Shown here one piece after another: positions 10,103 through 19,173 of a stretch of 64,000 nucleotides of DNA. Position 1 is the stretch's first letter. Each line of letters starts with the position of its first letter. The translations under genes were made by a program, and so were the position numbers. Source of the DNA: a virus (taxonomy: Duplodnaviria > Caudoviricetes); the IMG/VR virus record IMGVR_UViG_2910903598_000004, positions 1 to 64,000 of that record, one strand, 5' to 3'. Under the pieces are notes generated by a model. The model was not told the DNA's origin, searched no databases, and was given only the letters and a program-made list of their open reading frames with translations.

Positions 10103-11008
10103 TTAGAATTCCTTATTCTGTTTAATGACATTTGTGATAACACCGACAGCTGTTTGCTTTTCTTCATTAATGTCATTAATTGCAAGTGTAACAATATCCC
10201 CAGGATATGCAACTGTATTTACTCTTGAATTGTGTGCAATGGCGTTTGCTCCATTTTCCAAACGGATAAACACTGGCTGATTTTCTTCGATATGTGTAAC
10301 AACTCCCACACATTTATTACCGGGATGAATCTTCTTTAATGCAAGTGCAGCTGTATTTTTTACTGCTTCTTTTCCACTGACTCTTAACTTGATGTTTCCT
10401 TCTTCATCAACACTTTCATCAAGAATTTTAACTTGGATAACATCACCAGGGCTTAAATGTTCTCTTACATCAGCCACCCAGCTCCAGAATAACTCATTCA
10501 TTGGCAATGTAAGTTCTACCCCGCAAATTTCTAAACGTGCAGATTGCTGCGAAACGGCAATAACTCTTGCCTCTGCTTTGTCATATTTCTCTATGTCAAA
10601 AATTGGCTCATTTGACGTGAAATACTCAAATCGTTTTTTTCGTAATGCATCTGCTCTGGAAGCAACAATATGGATATCATCTGGATCATCTCGATCAATC
10701 CCTCTTACGATAAAATCAACAACTGCTCCAAGCATCTTACTAAGAATCTGCGTTTTTCTCACCCATTCGTCTCCGTTATCGTTATTTGACAGCTCAATTC
10801 CCATTTCAGAGATTGGGATTAACACAGACTGGTTTTTATAACGAACACGACAATTGGTATTTTTTGCTCCAATATCGGATACTTCCATGTCTGTGATTAT
10901 TCCAGACAGAATGTGACGTTTGATTCTGGAATCTTCCAGCTCATGAAGCACATAATTGACTTCATTGTAACTTGGTGTCCCATCTTTGTTAATCGTTAAT
11001 ATGCTCAT
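10103..11008 (-). CDS. Tandem S1 RNA-binding domain protein
   Basis: S1-like repeats (IPISEM..VDFIV..D..VASR; LPMNELFWSWVAD..LSPGDVIQVKI..LRVSGK). Confidence 0.75.
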   Translation of the reverse strand: MSILTINKDGTPSYNEVNYVLHELEDSRIKRHILSGIITDMEVSDIGAKNTNCRVRYKNQSVLIPISEMGIELSNNDNGDEWVRKTQILSKMLGAVVDFIVRGIDRDDPDDIHIVASRADALRKKRFEYFTSNEPIFDIEKYDKAEARVIAVSQQSARLEICGVELTLPMNELFWSWVADVREHLSPGDVIQVKILDESVDEEGNIKLRVSGKEAVKNTAALALKKIHPGNKCVGVVTHIEENQPVFIRLENGANAIAHNSRVNTVAYPGDIVTLAINDINEEKQTAVGVITNVIKQNKEF

Positions 11009-11249
11009 AACTAATTTTAGCAGAATTCATTGTAGAATCCTGCTGCTCCTTTCTTAAAATGATTTAATGGTTACCTGTCAAATAGGTATAAAAAAGCACC
11101 TGAACCAAATGGTTCAAGTGCATAAAAAAATGGCATCACACTTCTTTTTTTAGAAATGTATTGCCATCTGTATATTTTTATATCTAATTTGACAAGATAT
11201 ATTATATCATTTTAAAAATAACATGTCACTATTTATCAGTAAATTAATG

Positions 11250-11293
11250 CAAAAAAATGACAGGCCATCCATAAAGGAATAGCCTGTCATTTT
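11250..11293 (-). terminator. Intrinsic terminator ending the ubiquitin-like operon
   Basis: aaaatgacaggc..gcctgtcatttt inverted repeat with T tract. Confidence 0.75.
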
Positions 11294-12098
11294 ACAATAA
11301 ATTTAACTTCTTTCTTATTTTTATCTGATCAATAAAGTATTGATGATTAATCGTTGATATATATTTTTCAAAATTTTCCACCATATATCCATCCAAAAAG
11401 ATATCGCATCTCGCTCCATTTTTTAAAGCCGCAGAAGTCATCCATAAATTACGGACATATTCTGGTGCAGATTGATCAAGTGTTTGATACACATAGTCAT
11501 TTTTGAACCATTTTTCATATCTTTTTCTATATTTTGTATAGTTTGGATCAATATAGATATGCAATGATAAATACGAGTCTGACTCATATGCATCTTGCAT
11601 CGCATTATCCAAAAGAGATTGGTACGATCTACCATTTTCATCCTGATGAATCGCATTAAGGATTATTTGTTTATCATCCTTTGGAAAATCATATAATCGA
11701 TCAAATAATTCTTCAATCGTTTCTGGTGGTTCAGTTTCATTGATTTCATTATCTTCCCGATAGAATCCTGAAATATCAACAGAATACCTTTGTATATCTA
11801 ACAACGAAAGATACTGAATCTCAAGCTGATCTGAAAATTCAGTATAAACATCAGACACTTCTATTGTAAAATCCAGATCATCATTCGTATATTGCATATT
11901 TTTCTGGTTGATACGTTGCAACAATCTCTGAGCCTGATCTACATTTAAACCTAAACTTTTCCCAAGTGCTTCAATGTATCGAATAAATAATGCAAAAAAA
12001 TTGAACTGATGATCATCTAAAAGGAAAGATGCATCATTGTATAATACAAACTTCTCTCCAAAATATAAATCAACCATTTCATAAATCTGATTGTTCAC
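11292..12098 (-). CDS. Hypothetical protein
   Basis: 268-aa ORF, AGGAGG RBS, GTG start. Confidence 0.7.
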   Translation of the reverse strand: MNNQIYEMVDLYFGEKFVLYNDASFLLDDHQFNFFALFIRYIEALGKSLGLNVDQAQRLLQRINQKNMQYTNDDLDFTIEVSDVYTEFSDQLEIQYLSLLDIQRYSVDISGFYREDNEINETEPPETIEELFDRLYDFPKDDKQIILNAIHQDENGRSYQSLLDNAMQDAYESDSYLSLHIYIDPNYTKYRKRYEKWFKNDYVYQTLDQSAPEYVRNLWMTSAALKNGARCDIFLDGYMVENFEKYISTINHQYFIDQIKIRKKLNLL

Positions 12099-12103
12099 GA
12101 TTT

Positions 12104-12862
12104 TTACCTCCTAAAACCATTTCCAGACAATGCATCCATATAGCATTGATCAATATATTCATGTTCTTTTGTCAGTGTGATCCACTTCCAAAGATTTGCT
12201 CTGGAATCAATGGAAAGTACACAGAAATGATACACTGCATCATTGATGCGAAGATCAGATCTTCCAAAAACATCCATGAAAAACTTTCCATCTAGCATAC
12301 GATAAACTCTTTTTTGATCCAATGGGTATTGAATCTTTTGTAAAAAACGAAGTTTATATAAGATATCATCATTTTCACGGATCAATAGAAACATGGATGG
12401 AAAAAACCTTACTTCATCTACTCTTATAAAAGAAGCACTTCCTAAACCAATATAAGCCTTAGAAATCAGTTCTTCTATAGAAGGACCTTTTATGATTTTC
12501 ATATCAAATGTTTGTTCTTTTTGAAATTCTGGAAATTTTCCTTTTAATTGCTGATAAAATTTGCGTTTTAAAGATTCAAATTCACCATTATTATCGTCAT
12601 CATCATAAACTGCAAAAAAAACATGTTCCATCTGATTTTTATCTAAAATATCATTTAATAAAAGAAGATCCTGGTATACGATATACCTTTGCATATCATT
12701 ATAAAAAGTATCTTCTTCATTCGAATTGTAAAATAAATTTTGATGATATTGTGAAATTCCTAAATAAGATTCAATCTCTAAAATGTATTTCTGATATAAT
12801 CTTGTTTTTAAGGTAATATTACTTTTTAAGTCATAATTTACCAATTCGTTAAAAAATCTCAT
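12104..12862 (-). CDS. Hypothetical protein
   Basis: 252-aa ORF overlapping the ThiF stop codon. Confidence 0.7.
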   Translation of the reverse strand: MRFFNELVNYDLKSNITLKTRLYQKYILEIESYLGISQYHQNLFYNSNEEDTFYNDMQRYIVYQDLLLLNDILDKNQMEHVFFAVYDDDDNNGEFESLKRKFYQQLKGKFPEFQKEQTFDMKIIKGPSIEELISKAYIGLGSASFIRVDEVRFFPSMFLLIRENDDILYKLRFLQKIQYPLDQKRVYRMLDGKFFMDVFGRSDLRINDAVYHFCVLSIDSRANLWKWITLTKEHEYIDQCYMDALSGNGFRR

Positions 12863-13629
12863 TTTAATTTTCCTTTCTGTTGTTGTTTGATTAGATTTGG
12901 ATCAGTTCTTGTACAGGAACACCCAAATGCATCAAATGAATAAATTCCTCCACAGGTCCAATCTCCGCTTAAAATTTTAATCGTCTGTATTAAACAGATA
13001 TTTGCAGCGAACAGATTTGTGACTAAATGCTGTGGTTTGACATTATTCAATTCTGTACATGACATTTCTAATACACTTTTACTGTCCTCTAAAACTTCCG
13101 GAAAATAAAAAGCACGATCCGGTGCAATAACTGCCTGATTATTTTTAATCCCGACAACAACTTCTCCAGTACTAAATTCATTCGCAGCATCAATATAAAT
13201 GATGTCCGTATATTCTTCAAAAATTTCATGTAAAATTTTTCTGCAATTATGATTATCGACGCAACCGATGATGATTGGAACGAAAGTTTCTTCCTCCTCA
13301 TAAGATTCTCTTTCATAGGTATTTCTCATAATACGTAACATATGTTCCTTAGATGCTATATATTCTGGCACATAAGAAAATGTTAGATTATACATATCGC
13401 TGACTGCTAATGCCATTGCTTCCGCTTTGTTCATCAGTAGGTCTTCCGGAGTAAAAGACTGTCGTTCAAGATTTTTCTCTTCTACCGTATCTCCATCAAT
13501 TAAAATCACATCTGCATTTATCATATAATTTCTGTTTGTAGCTAAATATCTCGCTAATTCTTTAATGTAGTTGGAACCTGTACCACCGCATCCAATAATA
13601 AAAATTTTCTGTTTTGTTTCTTCTCTCAT
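12859..13629 (-). CDS. ThiF/E1-like adenylyltransferase (PRTRC type)
   Basis: IGCGGTGS, IDGDTVEEKNLERQ, NKA, GCVDN, SC putative catalytic Cys. Confidence 0.9.
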   Translation of the reverse strand: MREETKQKIFIIGCGGTGSNYIKELARYLATNRNYMINADVILIDGDTVEEKNLERQSFTPEDLLMNKAEAMALAVSDMYNLTFSYVPEYIASKEHMLRIMRNTYERESYEEEETFVPIIIGCVDNHNCRKILHEIFEEYTDIIYIDAANEFSTGEVVVGIKNNQAVIAPDRAFYFPEVLEDSKSVLEMSCTELNNVKPQHLVTNLFAANICLIQTIKILSGDWTCGGIYSFDAFGCSCTRTDPNLIKQQQKGKLK

Positions 13630-13695
13630 AATATAAAATAACTGTCCGATCAATGACCGGACAGTTTCTCCTTTCTTAAATATGTAAATTGTCAG

Positions 13696-15201
13696 TTATA
13701 CAAAAATATCTTCTACAGAAAGCTCCTGAAAAACTCCATTCATACCAGCTCGAAGCATGATATTATAAGAACGTGGATTTTCTTCTGAAAAGTTACCAAT
13801 GACCATGTAAAGACGAATTCCTTTTTCGTCACGATTATCCGTGGCTGAAAAGAAAGTTGGTAATTTCCCGTGACTGTGAATGTCCATAACAAGAACATAT
13901 TCATCTTCCATAACGTTGTTTCGTTCAAAAGTTACATCGCAAGATGTTGCTGTCTGTCTTGGCTCGTATAACCAATATCCTTTTTCATCTTTTGTCATAA
14001 ATAACTGCAAAGCACATTCTCTGTGAATATTCATGCGGAATCTGTCAATAATATCAGATAACAGTTTTTTTGGAATCTTTAATTGATCAGAATTTAGAGA
14101 AAACTCTAGCTGATCTTCTCCCGTAAGAGTAAATTTCCCATATGGACGATATTCTGTCACACCATTTTCCGTAATTTCTCTGCGAAAACCTTCCCGATTT
14201 GATACAATTGTTGCACCTTTAGTGCTACTTTTTAACATTGCAATAATAAAATGTCGTTTATCATAAGTCATGCTAGTACGTTCTTTACTGTATTCTGGAT
14301 ATGTAGCTTCCAATGCTTTTCGGATTTCTTCCATTGTTACAATATCTTTTCCGTGAAAATCATCTGCTGAAAACTGAATGTGGTATCCACCTGTTGCCAC
14401 TGTGATCGGCAACTGAATCATGCAGATATCAGGAACATAAACAGCTTTCTCCTTTAAAGGAATAATCGTGTTTGTATGTTCAATGTACTTGAATGTACAA
14501 TCTTTAAATTCCGGATGAGTCTTGCTGTATCGTTCCATGATCTCAGCACCGCTGATTGTCTGATCTTCCTGATCTTTATCTGGTTTTATCTGTTCCATCA
14601 TTTCAGGAAATCCGATCAGAACTGGTAGCTTATAAGCACGCAGCACCTGTTTGGAATCAGATTTGTAAAATGGAATCAAAACATGATCATTATTATTAAC
14701 GTAATGGTAATTACATCCGACATACTGTGGAAATTTCTTATTCCATGCTATGACAGCTTCTTCCACTCCTTCATTACTGATCACATACTCTTTTCCAAGT
14801 TTAACAGTAAAGATTCCCTGATCTATGATCTCTGGTAACTTTGTTTCTTTGTATTCTACCTGCAAAATGCAGCTATTATCTTCTTGCATTTTGACAGTAA
14901 CAATCCCTTTTAGTTCTGGAAATGTCTTAATTACATGTTTTTTAACCTCTGTTGATGACATCTCCTTGTTTTCCTCGTTGATTGTATAACTGTAAGGACC
15001 ACCATAAACTACGATAGGGCATTTATATTTTTTTGTTTCTGTTTTCTTTTCGGATACTTTAGAAGTATTTGAAACATTTTCAGTTTTTTTTGTTTCTTTG
15101 GTATTCTTTGTTTCTGTTTCTTTCTCTGGTTTCTGTTCTACTTCTTTTTCAATTCCAAGAAGGTCTAAAAGATCCATCTGTCCGTTTACATCATTTTTCA
15201 T
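13696..15201 (-). CDS. Tandem ubiquitin-like repeats fused to a JAB/MPN protease
   Basis: C-terminal E..HSH..FFSATDNRDE JAB motif; four [FYH]P[EQ]-centred repeats, the last ending STKG. Confidence 0.8.
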   Translation of the reverse strand: MKNDVNGQMDLLDLLGIEKEVEQKPEKETETKNTKETKKTENVSNTSKVSEKKTETKKYKCPIVVYGGPYSYTINEENKEMSSTEVKKHVIKTFPELKGIVTVKMQEDNSCILQVEYKETKLPEIIDQGIFTVKLGKEYVISNEGVEEAVIAWNKKFPQYVGCNYHYVNNNDHVLIPFYKSDSKQVLRAYKLPVLIGFPEMMEQIKPDKDQEDQTISGAEIMERYSKTHPEFKDCTFKYIEHTNTIIPLKEKAVYVPDICMIQLPITVATGGYHIQFSADDFHGKDIVTMEEIRKALEATYPEYSKERTSMTYDKRHFIIAMLKSSTKGATIVSNREGFRREITENGVTEYRPYGKFTLTGEDQLEFSLNSDQLKIPKKLLSDIIDRFRMNIHRECALQLFMTKDEKGYWLYEPRQTATSCDVTFERNNVMEDEYVLVMDIHSHGKLPTFFSATDNRDEKGIRLYMVIGNFSEENPRSYNIMLRAGMNGVFQELSVEDIFV

Positions 15202-15417
15202 CGTAAATAATAAGCGAAGGATACCCCAGCATCTAAGATCGGGGATGAATTCGCTCTCGCCATCAGGCGAGCCTCCTTTCCGTTAAGTAATATTTTCTTG
15301 TTTCTAACATGTATGATTTTTTGCGATAAGCCGGCATCATACAGGTCGTAAAATACCTTAGCTAATCAATCAGAGCTTTTAGAAAGCCCCCACTTCTATA
15401 AGTGGCAGGTTATTGAC
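15202..15417 (-). mobile_element. Internally deleted IscB-type (IS200/IS605) remnant
   Basis: Starts GTCAATAACC + hairpin (HEARO/omegaRNA-like 5' end); ends with a fragment reading LETRKYYLTERRLA* and terminal hairpins. Confidence 0.7.
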
Positions 15418-15431
15418 AATAATTTTCCTTT

Positions 15432-16142
15432 CTAAAATATAATTCCTTTATGTTTAAAAGGGTCGTATTCTTGTAATACTTCATAGGGAAATTCTTTTTT
15501 CCCATTTAAAGTATCTAATAATTCTCTTATCGTTGCTTTTTCAAGTGTCGTTCGATCTGGTTTGTAATAATCAGAATTCATTGGACTATCAAAAAATAAA
15601 ATCGGCAGAATATCCAGATCACTTAATTTTTCAATCTTTCGGATATTGTTTGATCCATAACAAACTCCCCCTGCACCGTTGACATTTGCAAACGGCCATT
15701 GATATAAGTTTGGCAAATGACCTGCTTCCAGCAATTTTGCTGCTGTTTTCTGATCCATATCTTTCTCCAGGCAAAACAGATTTGTTGAAACACATCCATT
15801 TTCTGTTACCCAATGAATCATCAAAAGATTTGGAATCGGGATCTCATAAACACTGTTCTCGTATATGATTCTCCTGATATCCTCTTCTAAGAAAATAGCG
15901 GTCTTACTTTTGATCTTTGGAAAATCCTCGATCCACTGTTTCGTTGCAAGATATCCTCGCGGCATTCTTCCTAAAAAAAGTTCTTTCTTTTTGTGTTCCT
16001 TTGTCTTTTCTAGCAATTCATACAAAGTTTCTGTACGGATCACTTTCTGCTGTTTGATTCCATGATCATCAATGATAATATGGCAGCAGTCAATATAACC
16101 TTCTCTTCGGTCTTTTTCTTCATCAAATATAATTTGTATCAT
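15432..16142 (-). CDS. Prokaryotic E2-like protein (PRTRC protein B / Prok-E2_D like)
   Basis: IPIPNLL and LYQWPFANV...VCYG with a conserved Cys. Confidence 0.8.
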   Translation of the reverse strand: MIQIIFDEEKDRREGYIDCCHIIIDDHGIKQQKVIRTETLYELLEKTKEHKKKELFLGRMPRGYLATKQWIEDFPKIKSKTAIFLEEDIRRIIYENSVYEIPIPNLLMIHWVTENGCVSTNLFCLEKDMDQKTAAKLLEAGHLPNLYQWPFANVNGAGGVCYGSNNIRKIEKLSDLDILPILFFDSPMNSDYYKPDRTTLEKATIRELLDTLNGKKEFPYEVLQEYDPFKHKGIIF

Positions 16143-16405
16143 AATAATCTTCCCTTTCTTTTCTTATGTGGCATTTTGTAAAATTCTTCTTTTGTCTCAT
16201 GTTCTCTTGAAACATAAGTCATTTGATTAATTCTAGTTAACCGCCCATAATCTGTTAAAAATCGTTCGATTTTTTCAATCGAACAGTCAACAGCTCCTGC
16301 GATACATGCCATCATTTCCCTGTATTCATCATTAAAGCAGGACTCTACGGAATCCTGCTTTAATAATTCTTTCTTTAAAATTTCTACATTAATCATGTTC
16401 TTCAC
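16139..16405 (-). CDS. Hypothetical protein
   Basis: ORF with GAGG RBS, coupled to the E2 gene. Confidence 0.55.
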   Translation of the reverse strand: MKNMINVEILKKELLKQDSVESCFNDEYREMMACIAGAVDCSIEKIERFLTDYGRLTRINQMTYVSREHETKEEFYKMPHKKRKGRLL

Positions 16406-16411
16406 CTCTGA

Positions 16412-16981
16412 TTAAAAATCTGACATTGCTGCCTGTTCATCTTTAATTTCTTTTGTTTCTTCTGAAATTTTAGACATTTTTTTGTTGATTCTATCTAACT
16501 GCACAGATCTGTATTCTTCATAATGGGATAAAAATAATTGAATTAATTTTATTTTTGTCTCAATTTCTGAATCTTCATTTGAAAACTTACTGAACAGAAC
16601 ATAATCTGTTGAATGCCAGATATTCCATTCGAATTCTTTATCATAATATGAAAATCCAAAATGATCACTCCAGTGGGAACCTGAACTCATACATATAGAA
16701 AAAGTTCCATTATTCATAAAATACTTTCCATTTTGATCTTTCATAAGCGGACCTTGAGTTTCTTCGTCCCAATTACCATACGGTGCAAGTCTTACATTAA
16801 GTCTTTTGCAGCTTTTCTTTAAATCATACCAATCATTTAGAATTCCACATGTTAATAATTTGTTTTCCATTTTGGCTAATCTGTTTTTATTGTTCATTGT
16901 TCTTTCATTTTTTGCGATAATTTTATCTGTATTGATATTCGCTATCATTTTGAGTAAATCGCTATAATCATAAATTGTCAT
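16412..16981 (-). CDS. Hypothetical protein
   Basis: ORF with AAGGAG RBS. Confidence 0.7.
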   Translation of the reverse strand: MTIYDYSDLLKMIANINTDKIIAKNERTMNNKNRLAKMENKLLTCGILNDWYDLKKSCKRLNVRLAPYGNWDEETQGPLMKDQNGKYFMNNGTFSICMSSGSHWSDHFGFSYYDKEFEWNIWHSTDYVLFSKFSNEDSEIETKIKLIQLFLSHYEEYRSVQLDRINKKMSKISEETKEIKDEQAAMSDF

Positions 16982-17034
16982 ATACTAAACTCCTTCTCTT
17001 TCTAATATTGTTATATCCATCCCAATCAAAGCCG

Positions 17035-18024
17035 TTATTGTAAAATCTCAATATCTTTTTTATCATAGATATATTTCATGATATCTCTGATAACTGATTC
17101 TTCTCCCCTGATCTTAATATTTAATGTTTTCATGACAGGTTTGTGGATTTCACGATTCAACGGATACGGATAATTCTGAACAGATGAATTGTTAATGGAT
17201 GATTTTCTGTTCTTTTGAATTGGTGTAGAACTGCTACTGACTTTTCTTGAAATTGGTTCTGGAACTGGAATAGGATCGAAATCGAACTCAAATGGCTCTA
17301 CAGCTTGTGTTTCCTGCTGCTCTTTCATTTCCTGTTCTTTTCGTCTTAATTCCTCTTCTTTTCTCTTTTTTTCTGCTTCTAAAACTTTCTGCTTTGCTTC
17401 TCTAAGACTCTGATTTTTTTTGATTGCCTTGTTGAGATCAAGTTCTTTAAAATATTCCTGCTCAACATCGGATAAAAATTCTTCTTCTGCAACACATTTT
17501 AATGTATTAATATCTGATAAAATTTTATCTCTTTTTTCGATCATTTGATCCTTAATCTTTTTCTTGGATGTACTTTTTAGCATCCATTTAGAATCAATCT
17601 TTAGATTCTTAATGATCGGACATACAAGATATTTTTCAGGTATCTCATGAAGGAAAACATCTTCATATGTTTCTCTGATATAATCTTCTCTTTCTTTTTT
17701 CCAGACGTTTTCAGATTCTTTGATCTGTGTATCAATCTCTTGAATTACAGTATCATATCTGTCCAACACATCATCCATATCTGCTTTTGTTTGTTTTACA
17801 ATTGCTTCATACGGTTTACATGCACTGATTCTTTCAGAATTCAGATATTTTTTCTGTTTTCTTAGATCAGCCACAACTTTTTTAGCCTCTGGGATATCCT
17901 CTATGGTATAAAGGATTCCTTTGTGTTGTTCCAAGATCTCATCAACACGTTCGATCAGCTCTTCTTTATTAAACTGAATTGCTGGCACTTCATTTTTTTT
18001 GATTACTAATAAATCTTCATTCAT
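17035..18024 (-). CDS. DUF1351-like phage coiled-coil protein
   Basis: IQFNKEEL..Y..EDIPEAKK..ADLRK..L..ERI pattern. Confidence 0.7.
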   Translation of the reverse strand: MNEDLLVIKKNEVPAIQFNKEELIERVDEILEQHKGILYTIEDIPEAKKVVADLRKQKKYLNSERISACKPYEAIVKQTKADMDDVLDRYDTVIQEIDTQIKESENVWKKEREDYIRETYEDVFLHEIPEKYLVCPIIKNLKIDSKWMLKSTSKKKIKDQMIEKRDKILSDINTLKCVAEEEFLSDVEQEYFKELDLNKAIKKNQSLREAKQKVLEAEKKRKEEELRRKEQEMKEQQETQAVEPFEFDFDPIPVPEPISRKVSSSSTPIQKNRKSSINNSSVQNYPYPLNREIHKPVMKTLNIKIRGEESVIRDIMKYIYDKKDIEILQ

Positions 18025-18124
18025 TTTATTTTTCTTCCTTCCTGGTAAATACAATTTAATAAATGTAAAAATAATATTATAGCCCATCCTGGTTTTGACC
18101 AAGACAGGCTATAATTGAAATATG

Positions 18125-18367
18125 TTACTTAACTTTTATGATATCTCTAGTTCCAACTAGAAATATAATAAAAGCTCCCACTACAGTAAAATACCATAAA
18201 CCGGTATCTACTATACGTAGGAAAGGAAAGATATCATATTCCCATGACAGGAATTGAGTTCGTAGTGAATACATACCGTAATTCACTAACAAACCAAATG
18301 CTACAAATAGTAGCAATTTGATCATCTCCTTTACCTTTTTTGGTAACATAATGTGCTTATTCTTCAT
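18125..18367 (-). CDS. Small membrane protein
   Basis: Two TM segments, AAGGAGG RBS. Confidence 0.65.
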   Translation of the reverse strand: MKNKHIMLPKKVKEMIKLLLFVAFGLLVNYGMYSLRTQFLSWEYDIFPFLRIVDTGLWYFTVVGAFIIFLVGTRDIIKVK

Positions 18368-18430
18368 GATAAGCCTCCTTTCTTTAATTTATTAATAACA
18401 CCCCTTTCTCATAAATCTCAATCAATATAT

Positions 18431-18613
18431 TTATAAATTCTCTTTTATTAGCATTTTTGCATATGAATCAATTTCTTCTTCAGAAAACTTATTATAAATT
18501 TCAGCTTCCTTTTCTTTGCTTATGCAAATTCCAAGTTGTTCTAAAATCGAAATTTTATCTTTTCTAAAGCGATCATTTGCTTTATGCGAATATACACTCA
18601 TTTCCATAAGCAT
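18431..18613 (-). CDS. Small hypothetical protein
   Basis: AAGGAGG RBS right after a half leader. Confidence 0.6.
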   Translation of the reverse strand: MLMEMSVYSHKANDRFRKDKISILEQLGICISKEKEAEIYNKFSEEEIDSYAKMLIKENL

Positions 18614-18627
18614 TCCCTCCTTCTAGT

Positions 18628-18716
18628 AAAATAAAAAGGCATAAAAAAGCAGACAATTATATATTCTGCTTAATTCATGCCTCAAAATGCTCTACGCATT
18701 ATAGGTTAAAATTCTA
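18628..18716 (-). terminator. Leader repeat, terminator-only half copy
   Basis: GGCAT..GCAGA/TCTGC..ATGCC + T tract, no 5' module. Confidence 0.7.
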
Positions 18717-18717
18717 T

Positions 18718-18957
18718 TTATTTTCGCACGATGATAATATTGCGGTCTTTATGTAAATTCTGCGGACACAGTGGAAAGCTACATTTTTTATAACTCACCG
18801 TATTTTCAACATGTGTTTGTCCATTTGAAAGATTATTTACATAAACGTACATTTTATTGTGATCTTTGTGCGTCCACATAACTCCTGCACAAAAAGACAA
18901 TATAAATGTAACTCCGCAGATAAGTGCAAGTTTCATAAAATAATTAGTTTTTCCCAT
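18718..18957 (-). CDS. Small protein with N-terminal TM/signal
   Basis: Hydrophobic N-terminus; RBS follows leader copy 3. Confidence 0.55.
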   Translation of the reverse strand: MGKTNYFMKLALICGVTFILSFCAGVMWTHKDHNKMYVYVNNLSNGQTHVENTVSYKKCSFPLCPQNLHKDRNIIIVRK

Positions 18958-18981
18958 CTTTCTTTCTCCCTTCATTTTGAA

Positions 18982-19140
18982 AAAAATAAAAAGGCACAAA
19001 AAAATACAGACTTACCGCCTGTTTTAATTTGTGCCAATATTGGTTAATATTCTATTTTATTAATACATCTATAAAAAAAGTCCTACTACACCCATGGTGC
19101 TTAGGAATCTAATAAAAACTACAAATATATTATAGCATAA
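18982..19140 (-). promoter_or_regulatory. Leader repeat, full copy 3
   Basis: TGCTATAAT -10 plus both modules. Confidence 0.85.
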
Positions 19141-19173
19141 GGATCTATTATTGTGAATACTTTTTATCTGCTT

